DNA of 64,000 bases from Somniosus microcephalus (Eukaryota). A program made the position numbers and the translations under genes. Positions within the stretch are counted from its first letter, which is position 1, and the number at the start of each line of letters is the position of its first letter. This document shows, one piece after another, positions 50,886 to 63,772 of the stretch. Below the pieces are notes generated by a model. That model searched no databases. It was not told the DNA's origin and saw only the letters and a program-made list of their open reading frames with translations. The stretch is taken from positions 70,122,001-70,186,000 of the forward strand of contig CM126215.1 of assembly GCA_052327205.1 (NCBI GenBank), read 5' to 3'.

Positions 50886-53800
50886 TTACATGAAGTTGAT
50901 TATATGTTATGTTTAATGGGGAATAAGTATGTTGTAAGCTAAAAAGGGAGGATTGTAGTGTATGTACCCGTCTACCTTTAAGAGAACTATTGTATGTAAC
51001 CGTTCACCTTTAAGAGAACTATTTTAGGTGTGGCACTACTTTGTTTGGCTTCTGTATACTGTAATACCGACGGTGACCACACCAGTATATAAGTGTTGTG
51101 TCAGGATTTATTGGGCAGATTCGCCCTGACCTTCGAATAGTAAAGTCCTGTTTTAAGTTACTCTGGTAGTCTGTGTATTAATTAACTAAACAACCCACAG
51201 ACTTTACAGGAACGACCTTAATTGTGAGACATTTTCAGGCGCTGGGGCCTTTACGACCGCTTCAATTTTTTCAGGTGACTTATGCAACCCTTCTTCGTTA
51301 ATGACATGGCCACAATATGATATTTGTTTCTGGAAAAATTTGCACTTGGGGCGATTTGCTCGTAGGCCCCGTTCTCTCAGCCTCGTGAGCACCTGCTCCA
51401 AGTTGGCAAGGTGCTCGTTGTCGTTTTCTCCTGTTACAAGGATGTCGTCTAGGTAGCACTGAGTCCCCGGAATCCCTTGCAGGACTTGCTCCATAGCTCT
51501 TTGCCAGATAGCCGGAGCTGATGCCACTCCGAAAACCAGTCGATTGTACTGGTACAGGCCTTTGTGTGTGTTTATCGTGAGATACTTTTTAAGAGGCCTC
51601 CTCAACCTCCATCTGTAGATATGCCTGTGCTAAGTCAATTTTGATGAAACGTTTCCCTCCGGATAGTGAGGCGAAAATATCTTTACTGTACCGTGTGAAG
51701 AACCAGGTTTACAGTCACCTTGAAGTCCCCACAGATGCGAACTTTTCTCTGTTCTTCAGATTTATCATTACTCAACGTTTTCTTCATGACCGGGACGATG
51801 GGTGTTGCCCGCTCGCTCCAATCTACCTTGGATAACACGCCTGCTTTTTCCAAATTCTCCAGCTCTGCCTCGACGGCTGGACGAATTGCGTATGGCACCG
51901 GCCTTGCCTTATAAAACTTGGGAATTGCCGCATCTTCCACTTTTATTGAGGCGGTGGCGCCTTTCAGGGTTCCTAGTTCCTGTTGAAACACTTCTTTGGC
52001 GTTAGCCAAGATTTCTTTTAATCGTCCAGGTATGACGTCATCATCGGTTTTTTTCTTACTGGTCACCGTCAGTGCCTGAATGGAGTGCCAGTCTAAACGT
52101 ATCTTCCTGATCCATTCACATCCCAACAACGGTGGACCACCATCTGGCAGAACGTATAAATACAACTTCTGTATTTCCTTGCCGTTGTATACAACAGGCA
52201 CCCTTATTTTCCCTCTGGGGTATACTTTCTGCCCCGTATATGTCTTCAAGACAATGGATGTGTCTTTCAAAGGTATATGCGGAAATAGCCGCTCGTAATC
52301 CCGTCGACTCATGACGGTCAGAGCTGATCCTGTATCTAGCTCCATTTTGACTGAGGACCCCGCTATCATGAGGGTAACCCAAATGGTCTGGTAATCTTCT
52401 TTGGCAATTACATTATGTAATTTGAGACAGCTTAGTCTCTTGTTTCCGGAGTCGCTATCGCTCTTCTGGTCTTCGGAGCTACTGTCCGTCATCATTTGTA
52501 CCTTTCTGTACTTTTCCTTATTGACCTTTTTACTGTCAGCAGATTTCTTTCCAGATCTGCATACACGTGCAATGTGTCCCATCTTTCCGCATTGCCTGCA
52601 TGCTTTGTCCTTGAACCAGCAGTCCTTCTGGTCATGGGTGGATCTGCCGCAGCGATAACATCTCTCTCAACCCCGTGTCATTTCATGGGTGCCGAAGTCC
52701 TGTGGCTTTTGCTGTATCTCTGCAGCTCCTCTTGCTGCTGCTTCGTATGATACAGCCACACTGAAAGCCTTGTCCAGTGTCAAATCTTTCTCAGAAAGTA
52801 GTCTTTTCTGTGTTCCTTCGCTTAGGAGACCGCAGACGAATTTGTCTCGTAGAGAATCTGCCAGTCCTGCCCCGAATTGGCAGTGCTTTGACAGCTTTCG
52901 TAATTCGGTGAGGTAATCAGCATTACTTTCATTCTTGTGCTGATTCCTCCTGAAGAATTTGAATCGTTCTGCTATCAGCAGCGGTGTTGGGTTTAAGTGC
53001 TCCTGTAAGGTATCAACAATCTCATTAAAATTCTTGTCCATTGGTTTGGCTGGAGTGATCAAGTTTTGTAACAGCCCGTATGTCCTTGTGCCCATCAGAT
53101 TTAGAAGTACCGATGCCTTTTTATCATCCGCTACTTCATTCGCCTTGCAATATACCTCCACTCTTTCCACATGTGGTCCAATCTTCTATATCACTATCGA
53201 AAGCAGTAATATTGCCAGTCTTCGGCATCTTGAAAATCTAAAATGGCGCTTACCGCGCTTTTCTTTCTTCCCCGCCGAGTTAAGATGGCGCCTCCCGCGC
53301 TTTCCCGTCGCTGCCGCTGCTGCCAACGCTGTTCTCCGCGGTTCCCGTTGCGACCTGCAGCTTTTCGCGGTATTTCTATTTTTTTTATATATCACTTCAA
53401 TATTCTCTCCGTAATTGAAGAACCGTTCCCGTCGTGGAGCGGACCCTCTGGGACTTTCCCATCCCTCTGCTCGGTCCGAACGCCGACCTGATTCGCAGCA
53501 CCGGCCGCGCCCTGAGTGCTCCACCCTCTCTCTTTGCTTCTGCTTCCCGACTCGCTGCCCGGCCCCGTTGCAGAGCCACCCGATCGAGCTCTAGCCCGCC
53601 GCAGCCCAGGAAGGATCAGTGCACTACCTGCCACCAGCCCGTTTAGCTGGGGAAACCACAGACTGGAGACCAAGCCTGGCTCTCATTTTCGAGTTTCTTC
53701 GAGTTATTTATTTATTTATTTTTTCTGGCTTCGACCTTCGTCTGAGGAATCGATCCCCTTGAGGTGCTGCCGAATTGCAGGTAAGTTCGTTTCTAACTCG

Positions 53801-55719
53801 TCGCCACTGTTAGATCCGTGTGTTAATGGAGACATGGAATGCAGGAGTTGATTTAACAAGTGTTTACTGAACAAAGTCTGGAGGTGAACTAACTACACAA
53901 GACGCTACACAGGCTTATATACCTGAGTGGTCACTACTGGTACTACAGTATACAGGGGCTTCAAAAACATAGTTCCTCTTAAAGGTACATACACTACACA
54001 CAGGAAGCTGAAGGCTGTCACTTTTGACAGTTCGCAGCCATTCTGCTTTCTGTGCCGGTGAGATGAGGGACTCCCGAGGCCTAAAGGAAGGAAGGCTGAA
54101 AAGGTCATTTAAACTTCTTTAGACACACCAAACACACTTACCTTTGCACTCATGCACACATAACTCACCTGAACACCGATATCTCGACCCCTCTTAAGTC
54201 CTTCAACCCGACGGCCCGCCTCGCAAACGTGCCGTGGTTTGGAGCCATCGGGAATCCCACACTTCAGCATTAAAAATAGGGATTAGGCTAAAAACTACCT
54301 GTTAACAGGCTGTTAATTGGCACTAATCCCTTCCCGCCTCGGGTAGTTGGGTCCCAGTGCAGGGCGGTTACCCGCCTCCTTTGAAACTGGTTGGGTGCGG
54401 GATGGGGTTGGGACCCCTGATTTCAGGATTTTAACCCCCCACACGCCTCCAATCCCGACTCCACGGCTCAATGAAAATCCTGCCCATTACATCTAGTTCC
54501 CTTGTCTAGATCATTAATATATATATATTGTGAATAGCTGGGATCCTAGCACCGATCCCTGCGGTACCCCACTAGTCACTGCCTGCCACTCGGAAAAAGA
54601 CCCGTTTATTCCAACTCTTTGCTTCCTGTCTGCCAACCAGTTCTCTATCCAAGTCAGTACCTTAACCCCAATCCCATGTGCTTTAACTTTGCACGCTAAT
54701 CTCTTATGCGGGACCTTATTGAAAGCCTTCTGAAAGTCCAAATACACCACATCCACTGGTTCTCCCTTATCTATCCTACCAGTTACATCCTCGAAGTCGG
54801 CGGGATGACGGCGAATTCCCGACACGCTGGGAAATTCGGCGATTTTTACTGCTGACCCACCCCCAAACCCGTACACTCTGGACTGGGAAAATTCCGTCCT
54901 CTGTGAGCGGCATACAGAGATTGGGACACCGAAACAAGAAGACGGAAATATTTGCAGAATGATGAGTGAGAAACATAGAAAAATAGGAGCAGGGGTAGGC
55001 CATTCAGCCTTTCGAGCCTGCTCTGCCATTCAATATGATCATGGCTGATCCTTTATCACAATACCATATTCCCGCTCTCTCCCCATACCCCTTGATGCCT
55101 TTTGCGTCTAGAAAATTACCAGGAGTGGAGCTCAGAACAAAAACTTCGAGAAATGAGAGCCTATATAGAGAAAAAAGAAAATTTAAGAATGGGAGATGAG
55201 GAAAGAAAGTGGGAGAGGCAGAAAGAATCAGAGAGTGGGAGACAAGTCCACTATTACAGAAAGAACATTCTTTTTCTTTGCAAGTGAGCAATGTCAGAGG
55301 AGATCAACTTCATTATGTAACCAGACATTTTGCTTTATGTAGCCAAATGCACCAATTGGTATAAATTCTCTGACTTATTGCCATGGCACATGTGCAAGTT
55401 GAAGATAATTTAAATCCCCAGAGAATGCCAATGAGAAAGTTCAAACAACCAAGCCAATTACCAGTACTATACACAGATTATAATTTATTATCCTTTATTC
55501 AAAATTATTAATTCAAATGATCTGTTAATTTGATTTGAAATTGTGCAAACAGAACCGGTCATTGAAAATTCATTGCCCTCTTAAGGTGAATCACTGGTTA
55601 ATTCAAATTCCCACCCCACATGGATCAGAACCAGTGAAACCTGCTGCTGAATCTGAGTTCAAGCAGGTCAGAGCAGTTAATCATCCTGGACTGTCGGACC
55701 TTGCCTTGCTGTAAAATGT

Positions 55720-56400
55720 GAATAAATTCACTGAAGAATTTGGAACCAACCTGTTCTTGTATTGTGGATAAACTACCTCAAGTCCAAGCCCCCGCATGAA
55801 GAGACAAACGATGTTCCCACAGAAAGCATCGATAACGGTATGTTGTAAATTTCATGAAATTTTATCTTGTTTTAATCCTGAAGACAACTTCATTCAGAAA
55901 TGTCTATGTTCCTGTGATCAGTTTAACTGACAAACAGCATCACAAGGCAAAAAGGTTGCCTTGGTGGTTGACAACTGTGGGACTCAGTGCCAGTGTCTAA
56001 AAGCAGAATCCATTGTCGGCTGTTTTCAGCACTGTAAATTCATCCCAGCAGTGCGGAAACAGCTGCGTCTGACACCCTTAAGGATCCTACACAGACACCA
56101 ACAGCACCCTCCTGAAGAATGCACAAAACTCTTTGAGCACGAGACCTCTGTTGTGACTGCCGGCAGGCCTGAGTTTTGAATCCATTGTTGGCACGGATTA
56201 GAAAGTGTTCAGATTGCTGATCAACATGGAAATTGCTGATAATGTGCAAAAGAATGTTGCTGCTAGTGTAGTGAGAGTGAGGAGGAGGCCCAAGTGAATG
56301 GATGCAACAGTCGGAGGGAGCTAGAGGAACCAAACCCCCAACACAGCATGGCGTCCAACTCTGTGCGATTGCTTAGGAAGTGGCTGACAACTGAGCAACG
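55720..56400 (+). pseudogene. Highly decayed Tigger/pogo transposase fragment
   Basis: KKVALVVDNCG resembles the DDE_1 motif; fragmented frames. Confidence 0.45.
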
Positions 56401-56504
56401 ACATGTTTCTGGATTTTTAACTCTTTAATGTAGGAGGAATTTGGGGTAATTTATATTAAGATGTTACTATTTAAATAAATTTTGGCATGTGCAAGATTAC
56501 AGTA

Positions 56505-56837
56505 CAGGAAACTTTCATTTAACCAGAGGTTAAATGTCCGGAAAGCTCTATCTACCGGCAAAATTCAGGAGCCGTTTCCTATAAGTTTTTTTACTTCTCG
56601 TTGCTTTTTTTTTTCCAGTCAGGCTCTGCAAGGTCTAGCTGAAGCTGTTGTTTAGCTACAGAGATGCTTTTAAGCTGCGGCCGACTGTTTTGAAGCTGTT
56701 GCTAAGCAACAGGTTTGTTGATTCACACGGAGCTCAAAAGCTCCGTATGTTTTAACATTAGCGCTGGTTTCTACGGCAGTTTTGATAGTACGGCACCAGC
56801 TCGGTCCCATCAGTGCCAGATACCAGAAAGTTTCCTG
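56505..56837. mobile_element. Tigger-like MITE, TA TSD
   Basis: TIR CAGGAAACTTTC; internal GAAGCTGTTGCTAAGCAAC motif shared with 34653-34986. Confidence 0.8.
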
Positions 56838-58697
56838 TATTCAGTTTACTTAACAAGGTATTACTGTTATGAACTCCAGACAACGCTATTATAGGACTAG
56901 ATATTGGACTGTATTCTGGATCGTAAAGGACACTGGATTCATTTACAGGCGAAACCATTGACACTGAACCCAGGAAAATATCTAGTGCAGCCCAAAAATT
57001 TGTAACGGGAACTTTTCACTACACTAAATACTTTGTGGACTAATATACTGTTGGCAGGAACCAAAGCATTAGAACTGAACTTTGCATTGCACAGCTTGTA
57101 CAGTGCTCAAGTTTCGATCATGTACATTTCAATATTTGCTTTGATATTTTGTGGCTTTTTTTAATGTGGCATTTTTTTTAGTATTCCTGTAGTGTTGCTG
57201 TGCAGTTTCATTAAACTTGCTTAATTCGATCTATTGAACAATTAGCAAAAAAGAACTTCAACTTAACCAGAGTAAGCTGTTCTTGTGGCCACAGTCCAAA
57301 ATAACGTTTGAAATGGGTAATCATGGCATACTATATGAGGCAATAGCATCAAACAAGGAAGGGAATCAATTCCACTTGATTGCAGTAAACGGTGCACTCT
57401 CTTTTTGTATTCAATTACAGCATCATTATAGATATAAAGGAAAACTAGCAATAAAAGTAAATGATTATAGCTTAAACTGATTATGAAAAGTTAGGGAGAA
57501 CTGTATTTTGTTAAATCCAGTATATGGCTTTACTGGACATATTTCTCTGTGACTGCTGCTAATAAGAACCTTGCTTATCTTTCGAGTCCTGGTTAAAATA
57601 AAATTAGCAGTCAAAGTGCAGCTTTACTATTGAGGTTTGGAAGCAAGTATGATGTATTATTTTAACCTGCTTTAAAGAGATGAGAACAAAACTTACAAAT
57701 TATTTGTGGTGCTACAATACTCTTCACTTCTAACACAAAATTAAAAATCCTTCTACTGCCTTGCACAGAAATTGGTGGGAAAGGTGCCCAGGGCTTGCGA
57801 GGTACAGTGCCATAAAGTTATGGAAGTAGTAGGAAACTTGCATCACTCCTGTTCTGTAGGGGAGGGGGAGGAGTTTACAGAACAGCAGCAAATGGAGCTC
57901 CCGTCAGTCAGAGATGTTTGTGGAGATGGGGCACTGTGTAGCAAAGAAAACGGTTAGAGGGGGTGGGAATGAAAAAATTCAGTAGGAAATATTTTTTAAA
58001 AAACAACTTGACACATGAGATCTGAACCTATTTCATCTGCGAGCTCATTCTCTAGGGGTAGACTTTGAAGTGAACTCAGCTGCCAATGTGTCAATTAGCA
58101 CAGATGCAGGAACCTGTTTAGAATGGGCACTGAGTCTGTACCAGCAATTATAGTAAATGGAAAGGACAGCAGGAGATTTTGATGGAATTAATTTACTGAA
58201 AAAGATTGTTGCACTTTTAATAAGTGATGATCCTACAAACCTGCTGAACTCTCCAATGTAACAGTAAAGTGCAAATAATGAGAACTTCATTTATTTTTAT
58301 ACAATTAAAAATGTGGTACTACTGGTTATAATGCTAGGGGTTTGGTATATTTTTGGGGGGGAAAATGGGATGTTGGTCATTTATTGAGCTGCCGATTGTC
58401 TATCCCCCATTTTATGCTATTCCACAAAGTCAAAATTACCCCCTATATGCACCATATTGGAAAAGTATGCAACAATTTCTGTTACATAGTGAATCTAGCA
58501 GCACAGGAACTCTATTTGATCCTAATTACTAAACTAGAGAAAACAACATAAGTCAATGGAGAGTAAAATTGGGCAGGGTGTAAAACCGGCATTCGACCCA
58601 ATCCCGCCAGTTCCATACTGGGAAATGTTGGGTTAAAATAACCCCTATAGTGAATATAGTTATGAACCTGCACTTGTGAAGTAGAAGCTCTAACAAT

Positions 58698-59379
58698 GGC
58701 CCAGAAATTGTGGTCCGCGGCATAGTTCCAGAGTACGCTGTGGACCTGTGAAAAGAATACGCACCTACCTGATGGGGGCCCTCATTCTGATGCTGCATTC
58801 TGGAGGGCAGCGTAATGGCCCACGGATCCCAGGGGCGCAGTCTGTGCGGAAGCATACCTGGGATCACGTGGACCTGGTCTTCCAATCAGGAAACAGAATT
58901 AGATTTTACACCATTTCAGGGAATCCTCTAATCAGATTTAATTACAATTATTTTACAGGATTGGAATTTAATTCCTAATTAGCTTCATTCCACCAACTTC
59001 ACTATATCTTAGTTCTGTTAGTGAAAATTTAATTTTGCTGTATCGACATCATTAAAACTCCAATTTGCAGAAACAAGAAAAACTCGTGATACAATTAAAC
59101 TATCCGATTTCCGATATGAAAATAGTAAAACATGCCTGCGGTATCCCCTTGCACTGATGCAAACAGGCCCCACACCTGTTTGCATCAACAGTAAAATTTT
59201 CGTATGCAATTGCTGGGCGGTTGGTGGGCAAATAGCTCAACACTGTGCCAGCAATTGTTTTTTCTTTGGCCGTGCGGATGATTTGTCAACAGATCGCAAG
59301 TTCGGGATTTTGCTGCGGAAATCCTGAACTTGCGGGCCATTTCGGAATACGCCGTCATACCCACCACAAAGTCTGGCCC
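58698..59379. mobile_element. GGCCC-TIR MITE
   Basis: Imperfect TIR GG(C/G)CCAGA..TGTGGT; internal ATCCCAGGGGCGCAGT..CCTGGGATCACGTGGACC shared with 19762-19812. Confidence 0.65.
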
Positions 59380-61294
59380 ATTATGTGAGGACATGGGGGG
59401 TTGAGGGGGGAGTTTTAACCCACCCCACTCGGCAGGAACATCCAGTCTGACCACCCCGTTCTCACTGGAATCTTGCTGGTCACCATTTTAACTGCTCACT
59501 GCAGTTAGGTGGCTGGGACACCTGCTAGAAGCAGATGAGAGCCTCAGAAATTTATGGAAATCGAGGTCTTGTTCCATCCTGGGACCCTTATTACATTAAC
59601 CTGGGCCTGAGTGGGAAAGCTGCCGTGGCTTTTCTGCCGGGTGAAGGGTGTCGGGAGGCCGAAGAGCTTCTCCAGTGTAAGTGGGGGAATAGTTTCCTTT
59701 GTGGAGCCAGGAGGAACTTGATGCTCCTCTGAGCCCCACAAGGAAAGTTGTGGCCTCCCCTGCCCTCTTCCCTCTTGCAAGGCATTAGTTAAGGACTATT
59801 TAGCCCAAGAGGAGGGAGAAGTTGTGTAACAAATGTTTAGCCTAGCCTGGAGGGCAGGTAGTGGATTGTGCAGCTTGAGATGGCAGTCAGTAACCAAACT
59901 TGGGGGGTATATAACTTTTTGTAAATGACTGACTGCAGTATTTTGGAATTGCCCAGTAACAATTTGAAAGCCCCGTCGTGTGTAGCAGCAAAGCCAGGAG
60001 TGAGCTTCCTGCTTCAAAATAGCTGCACCAGCACCACGGCATGGGAAATGTCAAAAGTTAGCATTTTCATTGAGGGGATTTGTAGGGTTACTTTGGATGT
60101 ACGGGTACTTTACATTCAGTCACTGAAGCTGCTGTCCTGTGCATTTTGCATGAGTTGCAGCTTTCAAATACGAGGGAGGTATCAGCTTATTCAGTCAGGC
60201 ATGCACACAACTGCATTGCTTTCTCTTAGTGCAGAACACCATGTCATGTAATCCTTCTCTTCCCTGTGTTAGGAATGCTAAATGTGGCTAGCACATTCAA
60301 TTGCAGGCATGTACCTCTTCCCCCATTACACCTGTTAAGACTGTCCTCGTATACTGCTAGAATTTCTATTTCACATGCACAGATGGTCTGCAGTGCCGGA
60401 GGCAAATATTTTAATGCAGTAACACACTGACCAGGGAGCGTACATGATCCCTTCATGTGGCAGAATTGCTCAGAGATTCGAGTTTGTGATTGATTTTGAA
60501 GAGGAAGGCAGATAGACTCCCAGCTGACTGAGTATCCATTCATTTGTCACTCACTGGCGCCTGCATGTTGTCCAACTCCCAAAGCAAGACTAAAGTTTTC
60601 AGTTTAGAAATGTACGGGCATATAAACTAGATCCATCATGTATAAAAACAGAGGCTGGGAGCTCTAAATGAGGAAGTGAGCTCACTAGCCATATCCAGCT
60701 AGGTCCTGTAATCTTTATATAACATCATGGGTGGAAGAATACAAGTATATATCTTGTAAGCATCATTACATCATATTTCACGGAAGAATCAACCTTGACC
60801 ATGCACTGTAAATTATTTTCACAAAGTTCTTAATGAAAAATTTGTTTTTTCATTGTCAATCAAAAAATTCAAACTCTTCTTGTAGAATTTGAAACTATGC
60901 CTCTTCTTTCGACCAAAGCTGAAGGACTCAGCTGAGACACCAGAGAACTGCCTATTTTTAAAATGCTTCTGTAGATAATAGCTAGAAAAGTAATTAATAG
61001 TAATGCAACTCCAGTAACTGCATATGGATGAAGATACAAACAACTCCACATCCAGTATTTTTTTAAATTCAGTCATAGGATGTGGGCGGCGCTGGAATGA
61101 CCAGCATTTATTGCCCATCACTAATTGCCCTTGAGAAGGTGGTGGTGAGCTGCCTTCTTGAACCGCTGCAGTCCGTGTGGTGAAGGTACTCCCACAGTGC
61201 TGTTAGGGAGGGAGTTCCAGGATTTTGATCCAGCGACGATGAAGGATCAGCAATATACCTCTAAGTCAGGATGGTGTATGACCTTGGAGGGGAA

Positions 61295-62265
61295 AATAGG
61301 AACATGGAAGATAGGAGCAGGAGTAGGCCATTCGGCCCCTCGAGCCTACGCCGCCATTTAATGAGATCATGGCTGATCATCCAAATTCAGTACCCTGTCC
61401 CTGCTTTCTCCCCATATCCCTTGAGCCCTTTAGCCTTAAGAAATATATCTAACTCCTTCTTGAATATATTTAATGAATTGGCCTCAACTGCCTTGTATGG
61501 TAGAGAATTCCACAGGTTCACCACTCTCTGGGTGAAGAAATTTCTCCTCATCTCTGTCCTAAATGGCTTACCCCTTATCTTTAGACTGTGACCCCTGGTT
61601 CTGGACTCCCCCTGCCATCGGGAACATCCTTCCTGCATCTAGTCTGTCTAGTCCTGTTAGAATTTTATAAGTTTCAATGAGATCCCCTCTCATTCTTCCC
61701 AACTCCAGCGAATATAAGCCCAATCGACCCAATCTCTCCTCATACGTCATTCCTGCCATTCCAGGTATCAGTCTGGTAAATCTTCGCTGCATTCCCTCCA
61801 TGGCAAGAACATCCTCCGATAAGGTGACCAAAATTGCACACAATACTCAAGGTGTGGTCTCGCCAAGGTCCTGTACAACTGCAGCAAGGCATCCTTGCTC
61901 CTGTACTCTAATCCTCTTGCTATGAAGGCCAACATACCATTTGCCTTCTGAACCGCCTGCTGCACCTGCATGCTTACCTTCAGTGACTGGTGCACAAGGA
62001 CACCCAGGTCTCGTTGCACTTCCCCTTCGCCCAATCTATTGCCGTTCAGATAATAATCTGCCTTTCTGTTTTTGACACCAAAGTGGATAACCTTGCATTT
62101 ATCCACATTATACTGCATCTGCCACGCATCTGCCCAATCACCCAACCTGTCCAAATCATACTGTTGTTTCTCTGCATCCTCCTCGCAGCACACATGCCCA
62201 CCCAGCTTTGTGTCGTCTGCAAACTTGGAGATATTACATCTAGTCCCCTCGTCTAGATCATTAAT
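61295..62265 (-). mobile_element. CR1 LINE 3' portion
   Basis: FADDTKLGG..WQMQYNVDKC..RPHLEYC..FFTQRVVNLWNSLP. Confidence 0.9.
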
Positions 62266-62324
62266 AGTAATGCAACTCGAGAAACCGCATCTGGATGAAG
62301 ATACAAACAACTCCACATGCAGTA

Positions 62325-63228
62325 TTTTTTTAATAAATTCATGGGATATGTGGGCGGCGCTGGAATGACCAGCATTTATTGCCCATCCCTAATTGCCCTT
62401 GAGAAGGTGATGGTGAGCTGCCTTCTTGAACCTTGGAACTTGGAGGTGATGGTGTTCCCATGCGCCTGTTGCCCTTGTCCTTCTAGGTGGTAGAGGTCGT
62501 GGGTTTGGGAGGTGCTGCCGAAGAAGTCTTGCAGAGTTCCTGCAGTGCATCTTGTAGATGGTACACACTGCAGCCACGGTACGCCGGTGGTGGAGGAAGT
62601 GAATGTTTAAGGTGGTGGATGGGGTGCCAATTAAGCAGGCTGCTTTGTCTTGGATGGTGTTGAGCTTCTTGAGTGTTGCTGGAGCTGCACTCATCCAGGC
62701 AAGTGGAGAGTATTCCATCACACTCATGACTTGTGCCTTGTAGATGGTGGAAAGGCTTTGGGGAGTCAGGAGGTGAGACACTTGCCGCAGAATACCCAGT
62801 CTCTGACCTGCTCTTGTTGTCACAGTATTTATGTGGCTTGTGCAGTTAAGTTTCTGGGCAATGGTGACCCTCCAGGATATTGATGGTGGGGGATTTGGTG
62901 ATGGTAATGCCGTTGAATGTCAAGGGGCGGTGGGTAGACGCTCCCTTGTTGGAGATAGTCATTGCCTGGTACTTGTGTGGCGCAAATGTTACCTGCCACT
63001 TATCAGCCTAAGCCTGAATGTCGTCCAGGTCTTGCTGCATGCAGGCATGGACTGCTTCATTATCTGAGGAGTTGCAAATGACACTGAACACCGTGCAGTC
63101 ATCAGCAAACATCCCCACTTCTGACCTTATGATGGAGGGAAGGTCATTGATGAAGCAGTTGAAGATGGTTGGGCCTAGGACACTGCCCTGAGGAACTCCT
63201 GCAGCAATGTCCTGGGGCTGAGATGATT
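62325..63228 (-). mobile_element. LINE 3' portion (7832-9022 family)
   Basis: [29 protein letters not shown]. Confidence 0.88.
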
Positions 63229-63593
63229 GCAAATGTTGACTTCCATTGTGGACAACATTCATTCAGATAATAGTTTCAAATAATAGTTTTTCCAAGATGT
63301 CTATCCTATGATGGACCTAATTTCATAGCCATCTCAGGCTAAATAAATTAGTGTCATGTGGAAGAGACTTCGTCTTCTTCATGCAAGTAGAACAAAGGAT
63401 AATAAAATGAGTGTCACGAACTAGCACTTTCACCTCAAACTCGGCTTTAATGTAATTATAAAGGGGCAGTGACAGCAGAAAATGTCAACTCTCAAACCAG
63501 AAATCCCTGCATATGGGCACTGATCAGTATCAAAACAACAGCAAAAGATTTAAATGAACAGCAGTTCTTCCTAAAAGTTATTTTCAAGGTATT

Positions 63594-63772
63594 GGGTGTA
63601 ATTTTAATCTGACCCGTCCAGCAGGAAATTTACAGAATCGGGCGAAGCCTAGGATTTACACCCCATTTGATTTTAATATTGATTGACTTCAATGGAGAGT
63701 AAAATCATGTGGTGTGTAAAACCGGCGTTTGGCCTGATCCTGTAGGGTGGGTTGGGTTTAAAATTATCTCCC
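63594..63772. mobile_element. Small palindromic MITE (possible relatives at 19296-19420 and 58555-58646)
   Basis: Ends GGGTGTAATTTTAA / TTAAAATTATCTCCC; shared core CAATGGAGAGTAAAAT..GTGTAAAACCGGC. Confidence 0.55.

Larger units (their letters stand above)
46321..51208 (+). mobile_element. Non-autonomous LTR element with captured host-like sequence
   Basis: Identical 255-bp LTRs (46321-46575, 50954-51208), TSD GGAAC, PBS TGGCGACGAG at 46577, PPT AAAAAGGGAGGA at 50941; no RT, RNase H or integrase core. Confidence 0.95.
44476..53998 (-). mobile_element. Gypsy (Mag-like) LTR retrotransposon, defective gag-pol
   Basis: 191-bp LTRs (53808-53998, 44476-44666; 2 mismatches seen), TG..CA ends, TSD CACAG, PBS TGGCGACGAG (tRNA-Ser GCU 3' end), PPT; Gag, two zinc knuckles, DTG protease, YLDD RT, RNase H, integrase, with frameshifts, a stop at ~46101 and an integrase deletion. 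Confidence 0.95.
44161..54485. mobile_element. Harbinger-like MITE (ATT TSD) hosting the LTR elements
   Basis: TIR GGGC(T/A)GGATTTTCATT; ATT on both sides. Confidence 0.8.
42930..54793 (-). mobile_element. CR1 LINE fragment split by Rex, MITE and LTR insertions
   Basis: Pieces 42930-43523, 44022-44160 and 54486-54793 rejoin into RT-3'UTR matching 61295-62265. Confidence 0.85.
37618..54899. mobile_element. Decayed PIF/Harbinger transposon (outer shell of the nest), TCT TSD
   Basis: Myb/SANT gene on plus, HARBI1-type nuclease on minus; imperfect TIR GG(C/A)C(A/G)GAAT; TCT at 37615-37617 and 54900-54902. Confidence 0.7.
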
